A stretch of 62,842 bases of DNA, the filler included. It is 4 parts of 4 records of this genome, joined end to end, with 100 filler letters (N's around TTAATTAATTAA, not from the genome) between each part and the next. Parts side by side here need not be neighbours in the genome. Positions count along the whole stretch, not along the records: positions 42,483 to 54,741 come from SRR2962707_1536; positions 54,842 to 62,842 come from SRR2962707_1558; 2 more parts are not named here. One strand, given 5' to 3'. The notes beneath the pieces are model-generated. The model made no database searches, had not been told where the DNA came from, and saw only the letters and a program-made list of their open reading frames with translations. The position numbers were made by a program, and so were the translations under genes. Below, piece after piece: positions 50,842 through 60,752 of this stretch (position 1 is its first letter; each line of letters starts with the position of its first letter).

Positions 50842-51240
50842 ATGAGAAAATCAATTATAGCCGCTGCGTTTATCGCAATGACAGCTACAGCATTCACTGC
50901 GCCATCAATGGCAGCACCAACAGTGCAAACGGCGCAATCAAAAACGATCACGACAGATGTTCAAAACATCAACTATCGTGTTTTGTCGCCTCGTCAAATT
51001 GCACATAGATTGCAGCGCCAAGGTTACCGCAACGTGAAAGTGTTCGGTCTACATCGCGGCACATATAGTGCCCGTGCCCTCGGTCGCCGTGGTCCCGTTA
51101 AACTCAGCGTTAACGCCCGAAATGGCCGTGTTGTGGCCCGTCAGGTAATTCGCCAAGCACCGCGCCATTATGGCGGCTATCCACGCCATCAGTTTGGCCA
51201 CCGCAATGGTTTCTCATTGCAGTTCAATTTTGGCGGATAA
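50842..51240 (+). CDS. Small exported basic protein, PepSY-like fold
   Basis: AAGGAG RBS, signal peptide, LSPRQIAHRLQRQGYRNVKV...Y.A.A...L.VNARNGRV. Confidence 0.7.
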   Translation: MRKSIIAAAFIAMTATAFTAPSMAAPTVQTAQSKTITTDVQNINYRVLSPRQIAHRLQRQGYRNVKVFGLHRGTYSARALGRRGPVKLSVNARNGRVVARQVIRQAPRHYGGYPRHQFGHRNGFSLQFNFGG

Positions 51241-51296
51241 ACCGAATAATTTAGAAATCAGCTAGACTATCCTGTCCCTTCAAGTTTAGCTGTAGC

Positions 51297-51327
51297 ACCG
51301 GAGACGAGAAATCGTCTCCGGTTTTTC
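51297..51327 (+). terminator. Intrinsic terminator
   Basis: ACCGGAGACGA-GAAA-TCGTCTCCGGT followed by TTTT. Confidence 0.85.
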
Positions 51328-51407
51328 TTTGACCTTATCGCCAGATAAAACTATCAAAGTAAAAGCAAATCGCTTCGAAAAAATAATCGCATAGAGTCCT
51401 ATTCAAA

Positions 51408-52355
51408 ATGACGGAACTCATCTTAATCGACAGTAATCCAGCGATCGAACCGGATATTCTGGATACATTCGATACCGATGATGGTTTTAAAATCAGATAT
51501 GCGATTTTCCGCGCTCGAAAACGTCCCGTCCAAGGCAGTATTTTGCTCCTACAGGGACGAAACGAAGCAATAGAAAAATATTTTGAAACAATTAGCGACC
51601 TCACCCTGCGTGGTTTCGATGTCGCAACCTTTGACTGGCGCGGCCAAGGCGGTTCGTCCCGTTTCTTTTCAGATGCACGCCGTGGCCATATCGATGATTA
51701 TAGCCAGTACGAAAAAGATTTAGACCAGTTTTTCACACAGGTCGCTTTGCCGGAGTGCCGCGCACCTTTTTTCATTTTAGCCCATTCAATGGGATGTTTA
51801 GCCGCACTTTACGCTGCCCCACTTATGGTCAACCGCGTTCGGCGCATGATGTTATGTTCGCCATTTTTAGGCATCGCCGACGACACATTAAGCCAAACGC
51901 AAGTATCAATTCTTGCAAGTGCATTTAGTTTTGTTGGCCTTGGCTCGATGCATATGGGCGGTAGCCCGCGCGGCATCGCCGCCATGCCATTTGAAAAAAA
52001 CCGTGTCACAACCGATCCCAAACGCTATGCACGCAATCAAGAACTCATGGACCCGATATTAGGCCTTGGTCTTGGCAGCGCCACCGCTGGATGGCTCAAC
52101 GCATCGGCGAAAGCCATGGATTATGTTCGAGAAATTGAACATTTAGCGCAAATTCACATTCCCATTTTAATGGTCAATGCGGGTTCAGACCGTGTTGTCT
52201 CGATTTCATCAATTGAAGATTATGCGCAGCGCCTTCGCTCTGGCGCATTAATTACGATTGACGGTGCCAGACACGAGCTGATGCAAGAATCTAATCGATA
52301 CCGCGATCAATTCTTTGCGGCCTTTGATGCTTTCATTCCAGGCACCGAACTTTAA
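51408..52355 (+). CDS. Alpha/beta hydrolase, lysophospholipase L2 (PldB)-like
   Basis: GRNEAIEKY, DWRGQGGS, AHSMG nucleophile elbow, ARHELM.E. Confidence 0.88.
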   Translation: MTELILIDSNPAIEPDILDTFDTDDGFKIRYAIFRARKRPVQGSILLLQGRNEAIEKYFETISDLTLRGFDVATFDWRGQGGSSRFFSDARRGHIDDYSQYEKDLDQFFTQVALPECRAPFFILAHSMGCLAALYAAPLMVNRVRRMMLCSPFLGIADDTLSQTQVSILASAFSFVGLGSMHMGGSPRGIAAMPFEKNRVTTDPKRYARNQELMDPILGLGLGSATAGWLNASAKAMDYVREIEHLAQIHIPILMVNAGSDRVVSISSIEDYAQRLRSGALITIDGARHELMQESNRYRDQFFAAFDAFIPGTEL

Positions 52356-53137
52356 CCCAGAAACATGCGCATCGCTTCTGCATGCAATGCGGCCGAACCC
52401 GCTGCGAGGATCGTTCCACCGCTTTCAGCGCGCGCGCCATCAATGCGCGTAATCACGCCGCCCGCCTGTTCGATAATTGGAATAAGCGCAACAATATCAT
52501 AGGGCTGCAAACCGCTTTCTATTAATATGTCAGCATTGCCAGAAGCAACCATCGCCGCACCATAGCAATCGGTTCCAAAGCGCATAAGGCGCGAGGCGTC
52601 GGCTAGGCGATCAAGCCCTTCACGCTCTGCGCCATGATATAAAAACGGCGATGTTGTAAAAATCATCGCATCTTTGAGGTTTACATTTTTTCTCGTGCTA
52701 AGCTGTTTGGGCTGGCCGCCATCTTCAATCAGCCAAGATTTTTCGCCATCAGCGACATAAAATTCTCGCGTATAAGGCTGATCCATGAACCCGCATCGCG
52801 CGATACCATCAACCGTTAGCCCGACAAGCGTTCCCCACACCGGCACGCCGGAAATAAAGGCTCGCGTGCCATCAATGGGATCAATGACCCAAACATGAGA
52901 GCGATCAGCATTTTTAGAGCCATATTCTTCGCCTAAAATGCCGTGATCGGGATATTCGTTTTCAATAAGCGCACGGATCGCAGCTTCAGCTTTTTTGTCA
53001 CCTTCCGTCACCGGATCAAAGCCAACCTCATATTTATTCTCAATGCCCATCGCGGAGCGAAAATAGCTCATTGTCTCAGCTGCTGCCACATCAGCGACGC
53101 GGCGCATAAATGCAATATTAGGAAGATTGGCGTTCAT
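52352..53137 (-). CDS. hisN: Histidinol-phosphatase (inositol monophosphatase family)
   Basis: FDPVTEGD, GEEYG, WVIDPIDGTRAFISGVPVWGTL, YDIVALIPIIE. Confidence 0.92.
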   Translation of the reverse strand: MNANLPNIAFMRRVADVAAAETMSYFRSAMGIENKYEVGFDPVTEGDKKAEAAIRALIENEYPDHGILGEEYGSKNADRSHVWVIDPIDGTRAFISGVPVWGTLVGLTVDGIARCGFMDQPYTREFYVADGEKSWLIEDGGQPKQLSTRKNVNLKDAMIFTTSPFLYHGAEREGLDRLADASRLMRFGTDCYGAAMVASGNADILIESGLQPYDIVALIPIIEQAGGVITRIDGARAESGGTILAAGSAALHAEAMRMFLG

Positions 53138-53190
53138 TGGGGCACCTATTGCGTAATTTAGAGAACAATAGGCCTCTAGTAAGACGGCAA

Positions 53191-54081
53191 CTACTCGGCT
53201 GCAATGCTGAAATTGGACAATGCAGATGAATCAATAGCTGTAAGTTTAGCCATGAAGCTTACGAGATCTTCGCCCAGCGCATCAAAGCCCGCGCGTTTTT
53301 TCAAAGTGCTCTCGTTGATATAAAGGCTGCGATTAACCTCAATTTGCAGGGCATGAAGCCCGCGCGCCGGTCTTCCATAATGCTCTGTGATAAAGCCGCC
53401 CGCATAGGGTTTGTTCGCGGCGACCAAATAACCCATATCGCGCAGGCACTCCATTGCAAGCTGCGTCAACTCAGCCCCTGCACTGGTACCAAAACGATCG
53501 CCGATAATAAAATCTGGCCGCGCGCCCTCTGGTCCCAAATGGATTGACGCTGGCATTGAATGACAATCAACCAAAACCGCATGGCCAAATTTACGAAACG
53601 TGCGCGCCAAAAGAGAACGCAAAGTCGCGTGATAGGGCTTATAAATCGCTTCGATACGGTTCTGCGCATCATCAAAGTCGATGCGGTGTTTATAAATTTC
53701 CATGCCTTCGGATACGAGCCGCGCAATTGTGCCGAGGCCGCCAGCAACACGAACGGAGCTTAAATTCGCAAAACTTGGCAATTTCTGCCGAAACATCCGT
53801 GGATCAAGCTCATAGGGTTCGCGGTTTACATCAAGATATGCCCGCGGGAAATGCGCTTTAAGCATTGGCATGCCAAGACTGACCGATGGCGCAAACAACT
53901 CATCGACATAGTAATCTTCTGACCGGCGGATAGAATTTTGATCCAGCCTGCTCATTTCCATAAAGCGTTTGGGATAATAACGGCCACTATGGGGCGAGTT
54001 CATCACGAACGGAACACTATGCGCCTCAGCTTCGATAATTTCGAAGGCTGGCTGATCTGTGAAATCCGGCGCAACATACAT
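53191..54081 (-). CDS. N-formylglutamate amidohydrolase family protein
   Basis: NSPHSGR.YP, PRAYLDVNREPYELDP, DCHSMP, PYAGGFITEHYG, QIEVNR. Confidence 0.92.
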   Translation of the reverse strand: MYVAPDFTDQPAFEIIEAEAHSVPFVMNSPHSGRYYPKRFMEMSRLDQNSIRRSEDYYVDELFAPSVSLGMPMLKAHFPRAYLDVNREPYELDPRMFRQKLPSFANLSSVRVAGGLGTIARLVSEGMEIYKHRIDFDDAQNRIEAIYKPYHATLRSLLARTFRKFGHAVLVDCHSMPASIHLGPEGARPDFIIGDRFGTSAGAELTQLAMECLRDMGYLVAANKPYAGGFITEHYGRPARGLHALQIEVNRSLYINESTLKKRAGFDALGEDLVSFMAKLTAIDSSALSNFSIAAE

Positions 54082-54272
54082 TTGGCTACATTCTCCCACT
54101 TTTGCACAGCTTGTCAGGCAAATTTCGCCTTGTCCAGCGCAACAAAGCAGCGCTTTGTCGCTTTTTGTTTCATAATTGGATTGCAAAGGTCTAAATTAAA
54201 CCTGATATTTACCACAAGCATCAATAAGTGTTTAAAGCCCGAAATCTGGGCGTCGAAAACGGGTAAAGAGTA

Positions 54273-54635
54273 ATGCATCGAATCCTATTGGCAGAAGACG
54301 ACAACGATATGCGCCGATTCTTGGTAAAAGCTTTGGAAAAGGCTGGCTACCACGTTACGGATTTCGACAATGGCGCGAGCGCCTATGAGCGCCTGCGCGA
54401 AGAACCCTTCAGCTTGCTTCTGACCGATATTGTTATGCCTGAGATGGATGGCATTGAACTTGCGCGCCGTGCAACTGAGTTAGATCCAGATTTGAAAGTC
54501 ATGTTTATCACGGGGTTTGCCGCCGTCGCGCTAAACCCAGATAGCGAAGCACCGCGCGACGCAAAGGTTCTTTCAAAACCATTCCATTTGCGCGAATTGG
54601 TGGACGAAGTTGAAAAACTGATAAAAGCAGCCTAA
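54273..54635 (+). CDS. cpdR: Single-domain response regulator CpdR
   Basis: ILLAEDDNDMRRFL, LLLTDIVMPEMDGIELARRA, FITGFAAVAL, LSKPFHLRELV; conserved context next to tRNA-Val. Confidence 0.93.
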   Translation: MHRILLAEDDNDMRRFLVKALEKAGYHVTDFDNGASAYERLREEPFSLLLTDIVMPEMDGIELARRATELDPDLKVMFITGFAAVALNPDSEAPRDAKVLSKPFHLRELVDEVEKLIKAA

Positions 54636-54663
54636 TCAGGCACTGATTTTAGCGTATAAGCTA

Positions 54664-54693
54664 TTGACGGCAAACGCCGTTATGTGGTGTATC
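54664..54693 (+). promoter_or_regulatory. Probable RpoD promoter of tRNA-Val
   Basis: TTGACG-N17-GTGTAT followed by a GC-rich discriminator. Confidence 0.55.
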
Positions 54694-54704
54694 GCGCCAC
54701 GGAT

Positions 54705-54741
54705 GGGCGATTAGCTCAGCGGGAGAGCACTTCGTTGACAT
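54705..54741 (+). tRNA. tRNA-Val(GAC), 5' half (truncated by contig end)
   Basis: GGGCGATTAGCTCAGCGGGAGAGCACTTCG-TT-GAC-AT: acceptor 5' strand, D-arm and anticodon GAC. Confidence 0.9.
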
Positions 54742-54841
54742 NNNNNNNNNNNNNNNNNNNNNNNNNNNNNNNNNNNNNNNNNNNNTTAATTAATTAANNN
54801 NNNNNNNNNNNNNNNNNNNNNNNNNNNNNNNNNNNNNNNNN
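54742..54841. other. Artificial contig spacer 3
   Basis: N44-TTAATTAATTAA-N44. Confidence 0.99.
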
Positions 54842-54864
54842 TGTGTGTGTGTGTGTGTGTGTGT
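54842..54864 (+). repeat. (TG)n microsatellite at the start of the eukaryotic contig
   Basis: About 11 TG units abutting the gap. Confidence 0.95.
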
Positions 54865-55119
54865 TTTGCGTGCCAGAGGAGGACGCACGCGCGCATTCAG
54901 TGAGCACTTTTCTGCGTGGCTGAGGAAGCGTTCTGCGGGGTTTGGTATTTCTTCTCGCGTTTTTCTACTGCCTTCATTTCTTTTCATTCGCAAGTGCATT
55001 TCACTAAAGGAGACCTCGTTTTGACTTTTTGGAGTGGAGAGGGCTGGGGGACTGAGTGGGTGAGTGAGGGAGCGCGTTTTTTTTTTTTTCTTTCTTGACG
55101 CAAGCGAACGAGAGCGAGG

Positions 55120-58100
55120 ATGGTGCGGACTCGGTTTTCGCTGTTGGACGTTTGCGCAGCGGCGCGAGAGCTTCACGAAGAAATTCAGGATTTGCATCTG
55201 AGCAACCTGTACAGCATTGACAAGAAAACGTCCGTCCGCTCGTGTGTGCTTCACTCACCCACCCCCTGTGCCTGTGCGTGCGCGCGAATCTAATCTATAG
55301 TGTTGACATCTGCCGTTGGTGTTTGTTGACTCTCGCCGCTGCTCACTCTGCTGCGCACGTCAGATACTTGTTGAAGTTTACTCGCTCAGGCAAGGGAAAT
55401 GTGGTCGTTATTATAGAATCGGGTGTGCGGTTGCACACCACGAAGTATGAACGTGAGAAGGACACCATGCCGGCCTCTTTCGCTGCCCAGTGCCGGAAGT
55501 ACTTGCGGAACAAGCGTTTGGTTTCTGTGAGACAGGTAGGCGCGTGCTCGCTGCATTGCATTGTGACTTGCAACTGGATTCATTGCCATGTCAACAGTCT
55601 CAATCGACTTGATAATTCTTCGGCGTGAAGGACCGTTTCAGTTGTGTGCGCGTAACTCTCTCGCTTGGTGTATTTGTGCGCGTGTGCACTTTGCAGGTCG
55701 GCCTGGACCGCATCGTTGTGCTGGAATTTCACACTGGGTACAAACTCATTTGCGAGTTCTACGCAGCGGGAAACATTATCCTGACTGACGCTGAAAATAT
55801 CATCGTTGGCCTGCTGCGCGTGCACGATTTCAATGAGGACGACAAAATTCGAGTCGGATGCGTCTACCCCACCTTGGACGATTCCGAGCGAATCGATGCG
55901 GCTGCGCAGGCTTTAAGCTCTCTCACTGCTCCTTCGCTCCGTGAGGTTCTCGAACACACTCACGCGCAGATTCTGGAGTCTGCCGCAAAGGCAGAAGCCG
56001 AAACCGCTGCTGAGAATGCTGCTGCGGCCGCGAACGCGCAGGGTAGTTCGGGAAAGGGCGGTGGTAGAAAAGGAGGAAAAGGCGGCAACAAAAAAAGTAA
56101 CAAGCCCAAGAAAGCCCCGAAAGCCTCCGTGAAAGACCTGCTGATGCATCCGCAATCCCATTTCTCGATTTTTGGACCTGACTGCGTCACTCACGCGCTC
56201 TGTGCGGCGGAGGTGTGTGTGAAGGAACTTTGTCACGATGCTATTTCTCGGCGTGGATTCTGCGGTAGTTGTGATTGGACTTAGTTCGTAACTGTGCAAC
56301 CGTTGACTGTTCGATCCATGAACTTCCGGTTTTGTGCTGACTGCAAGATTCCCGGCGGAGCTGATCTTGCCAATGTCACAGATGAACAACTGGAGCAGTT
56401 GTGTGTGCATCTGCAAGCCGTGCCAGACCTAGTGCGTTCATTGCAACGGCAAGCATCACAAGGATTCATATTTTTGAAGCCGCCTCCCACTACTGGCAAG
56501 AAAAACAAAAAAACACTGCCCAAGGAGGCGGCTGATGCGAGTGCCGCTGGGCCGCAGCTGGCGGATGCTCCTGTGGAGCAAAAGGAATTTTTCGCAGAAG
56601 TCGTCCCCATTGTGCTGGCACAGCATGCGGAGCGGGAAGTGCGCGCTTTTCCGTCGTTCTTGACGGCAGTGGATGAGTATTTTTCAAAGGTAAACCGGCA
56701 GGGTTCTTGGAAAGTGGAACAATGAGTATTTGGCGAAGGACCTGCTCTTACTTTTGTCGCTTCGTGATTGACTTCTGGTCGTTTCAAGATCGAGAACCAG
56801 CGTCTTGAAGCTCAAAAGCTTCGACTTGCAGCCGCTGATGAAAAACATCTTGCGAAGGCACGTTTCACAATCACGGACAATGATGTGATGTTTGATTGGC
56901 ACGAAATTGTTGTTTGCAGGGTGTTGCGGACTACGCTGGCGCCTGGAGTTTTTTATTTTGATCTTTGGGTTGATGCATCAGGTGAAAAGCGAGATGGATA
57001 AACGTGTTGACGAGTTAGACAACCTCGAGCTGACAAGCCAAAACAAGGCTGAACTGATTTTGGAGCACGCTGATCTGGTTGAAGCAGCAATTCAAATCAT
57101 TCGCAGTGCCGTGGCTAGCGGGATGCCATGGGACGACTTATCTGGTACGTTTTGCCCGATGCCCTGCCGGCAGCATGCACAGGAAGTGTTGAATGGTGCA
57201 TCCACTGTTAGGATGATGCTCAATTTCTGGTTGTGTGTGTGTGTCTCCCAGCTCTCATTAAACAACAGCAAGCGGTTGGACATCCAGTGGCGTCAGCCAT
57301 TGCACGCGTAAAGCTTGAAACGAACCGAATCTCGTTGAGACTCGCATCTGCCAGCTTGTTAGGTCGCGAAGATACCGAGGCAACTGAGATCGTTGATGTT
57401 GATATTGGGCTCTCCGCCCATCGCAATGCATCCTTATACTTCTCCAAAAAGAAGGAAACTCACGCCAAGTGTGTATTGCAGCGCTGTGCATCACTATCCA
57501 CATGTTGGACCTGTTGCGCAAACTATTGCTGATGCCCCACGACATGTGCACGTGGGTGCCTGTCAACCCATGCAACTGCATTGCAGGTATGAAAAGACCG
57601 TTGCGCATGCCGAGGCAGCTCTTGAGTCGGCGCGCGAATCATTGAAGCAAAAAAACAAGAGACGGCAGCAAAAAGTTGCTAAAACCGTCCGTGTTAAGCG
57701 CAAGCGCTTTTGGTTCGAAAAATTCCATTGGTTCCTCGCACCAGGTGGCTATGTGGTTGTGAGTGGCCAGTCCGCGCAAGAAAACGAGCTGATTGTTAAA
57801 AGGTGAGTGTCACTTCATCGGGTTCGGTCTCCAAGCCTATGGGTGATGCCGGATCATGGATATTATTCAACCCATTGGTTGTATGCCGTCATTCCCAGGT
57901 ACTTGCGAGCTGGCGATGTTTACGTCCATGCAGACGTTCATGGTGCTGCGTCATGCGTCATCAAGAACCACCTTTACCATCGAAAGGATCTTCCGGAAGA
58001 AGTTCGTTCAGTTATTCCCCCACGCGTACTCGAAGCTGCGGGCACGGCCACCATATCTCGATCGGCTGCGTGGAAGAACAATATAATTTCCCGCTCATGG

Positions 58101-60611
58101 TGGGTGCACGCCGAGCAGGTGCGAGAGCCGCACATTTGGGCATGCCCTGGTAGCCCTGGTTGGCATATTGCGCTTGGCTAGCTTGTGGATTTCAGTGTGG
58201 CTTGGTGTGCGGGAATAGGTCTCGAAGACGGCTCCAAGTGGCGAGTACCTTCCCACCGGCAGCTTTATGATTCGAGGGAAGAAGAATTTTTTGAACCCGA
58301 ATCGACTGGAAATGGGGTGGGGACTTCTCTTTCAATATGGTTCGTCAGTGTGCATTTTCAGAATGAAGCCTTGTGGCATTGCCACGAAGTGATTCCATTT
58401 CACCATGGTTTTGACTGTACTTCGCTGCAGACCGCCAATCACTGCGCAACCATCTGCCTGAGCACGGGTTGACAATTGAAGATTTTGACGCGTACATTGC
58501 TCAAGCAGAAGAAAATGAAAAGAAGGCTGCAGCAAGGCTGGCTGCCGTTGCCGAGGAAGCCACGGCGAATGCGACAAGCACACCAACGACGCCTGGGGCT
58601 GCCCTGGGCAGCGACGACACCGTTGGAAATGAAGAGCACATTGTGGAAGCAACTGGTGAAGCGGCCACCGAAAGTGCATCACTGACAAAGCCAACTTCCG
58701 CAGCCGATGGTGCTGGTGAAGTCGTCGAAGTCGCGACACCTACAATTGACGGTGCAGTCGTCGTCGCAGCAGCTGACGATGCAAGTGCACCCGTGGATGC
58801 TGCCATCGTGCCTGCAGCATCCGGCTTCGCAGCAGGTGATTCAGGCTCGGTTGTGCCAGCTCCGCTTAGTGAGGCCAAATTGAAGAAAGCGGAGAAAGTG
58901 AAAAAGTGCGTTGTGGGCGTATTGCGGCCTCACACAATACGAGTTATTGTGCCGCACGACATCCCCATTTTCACCGCGTCTATGACCTGGCCTGGCTTAT
59001 GATGGCACAGATTCAAAGAGCAGCAGGCCAAGAAGCAGCTTCAGCAAGAGGAAGAGACCCGAAAGCAGGAGCAAGCGCGACAGGTCAAGGCCGACGGATC
59101 AAAGTCAAGAAAGGGAAAGCGAAAAGGCAAAGGCAAAGGAAAACGGGGCGGCGGCGGAGATAGCGATGACAACGAGGACAAGTTCGTTTTACTGTGCTCC
59201 CCAAAGCCTTGTGGTACGCACGTTGCTTGATTGCAACCAGATATCACTTCAGCGACATGTTTTGCGGTGCCAGGATGCTCCTTGCTCAAGCACAAGGAAG
59301 AGGCAAGAAAGGCAAGAAGGGAAAGAGCGCGCCGCAGAACGCCCCTCCCAAAAAAACGGCAGTCAAGAAGCCGCAAAAAGGTCCTCAAGCTGGTTATTCT
59401 GGGTTCGTTCAGCACGCTCCTGCTCGTCTTTTATTTGGAGATGAATTTTGCTCGTCTCCCCACGCTTCACCGTTGCGCGCGACACGCTGTAAGGTACGTG
59501 GAGCAGCGAGCGTTCCAACCAGCGCAGAAAGACCACGAAGACACTATTTTAGAGGCAGATGAGGATCTGCTCCTGTTGGAAGAGGGTGCGTGGAGCGTGA
59601 CTTTTACGTTTGCGCTCGTGGTGTCGAAATGAAGGTGCATGTCCTGACTGCTTACGTTGTTGATACCAAAGGCGCTGATGCAGACGACACCGAAGGCCGC
59701 ATCCAGATCCGCAAAACACATTTCTTGACAGGCAGCCCCGCGGTGAGTGGGCTCAGGGATTCCTCGTATTTCTTGTTGTTCCCATCGCCGCGGGCTTCTC
59801 ATTGCGGTGGTTTCGTTGACTGGCTAAATGACCCTTTGTGCACGTTTGTTCGAACAGGCTGATGACAAGCTCCTTCACTGTATTCCCTGTGCAGCCCCGT
59901 TTGCATTGCTCAAAGGGTTTCGATACAAGGTGGCCCCCTTTTGCAGACCTCACATTGTTGTTGGCCGTTGCGCTTGGTTCTACCAGAATTCAATTTTTTA
60001 AAATCGTTGTTGATAGGTCAAACTTGTTCCGGGGAAAATGAAGCGTGGCAAAGCTTGCCAGCAGGCGCAGCACATGTTCCTTGGAGTGGCACAAGAAGTT
60101 GCAGCAGAAACACTTGCACAGGACACTGGCAGCACAGGTCCAGATACGCCCACGACTGATGGGGCCCCCAGTTCAGCGCGAGGAGATGGTGAAACCTCAA
60201 CAACTGCAGAGCAGCAGGCCAACGGCACAAAACAGCGTCTGCAAGAGGTGCGGTGAAGCCTCACTTCGACAGCAAAATTGGTTGATTTTTTCGTTTGACG
60301 CATATTTTGTGTGCTGAGGCTGGCTGATTGCAACCGTGCATGTTCGCCAATAGGAAGCACGGCTCATCAAAGACCTTGCTCTCGAGGATATGGTGATGAC
60401 TATGCTTGGTGACGTAAAGCTATCAATTTCAGCGGCGCAGTTGCAGAAGCAGAAAGCGCAGGCGAAAGCTGCGGCGCGGGCGAAAGGGAAGGCAAAGCTC
60501 AAGCAAAAAGCCGAGGCTCAAAAGAAAGCAGCAAAGGCTGGTGAAGATCAGCCTGCTTTCGTTAAGGAAGGAAAAAAGAAGGGGAGCAAGAAATCGAAGA
60601 AGAAAAAGTAA
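55120..60611 (+). CDS. NEMF: Eukaryotic ribosome quality control factor NEMF/Rqc2 (spliced, about 18 exons)
   Basis: Manual splicing gives [11 protein letters not shown]...[15 protein letters not shown]...[10 protein letters not shown]...[12 protein letters not shown]...[12 protein letters not shown]...VDEYFSK/IE...WFEKFHWF...HADVHGA...[25 protein letters not shown]...[19 protein letters not shown]...YK/VKLVPG..KRGKA. Predicted introns: 55230-55363, 55536-55696, 56213-56347, 56690-56788, 56858-56981, 57145-57251, 57469-57586, 57803-57898, 58119-58218, 58340-58430, 58906-59010, 59182-59273, 59403-59493, 59586-59671, 59743-59857, 59930-60016, 60248-60353. Junctions in the low-complexity part are less certain. 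Confidence 0.92.
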
Positions 60612-60752
60612 GAAGCGTCGAAAACCGCTCGAATATTCGTGTTCGTAACGTTTTTGAATTGCTAATATGAGTATTATCACCATACCGCTTCAAACGATCG
60701 ACAAACGCCGTCATCCCTCGCACCACAAGTTGAGGCCGATATTGTCAAAAGC

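Noticed and set aside
58431-59600. Ala/Glu/Thr-rich and Lys/Gly-rich ORFs as separate novel genes
   Set aside because: They splice in frame into the disordered linker of NEMF between the NFACT-R and C-terminal domains
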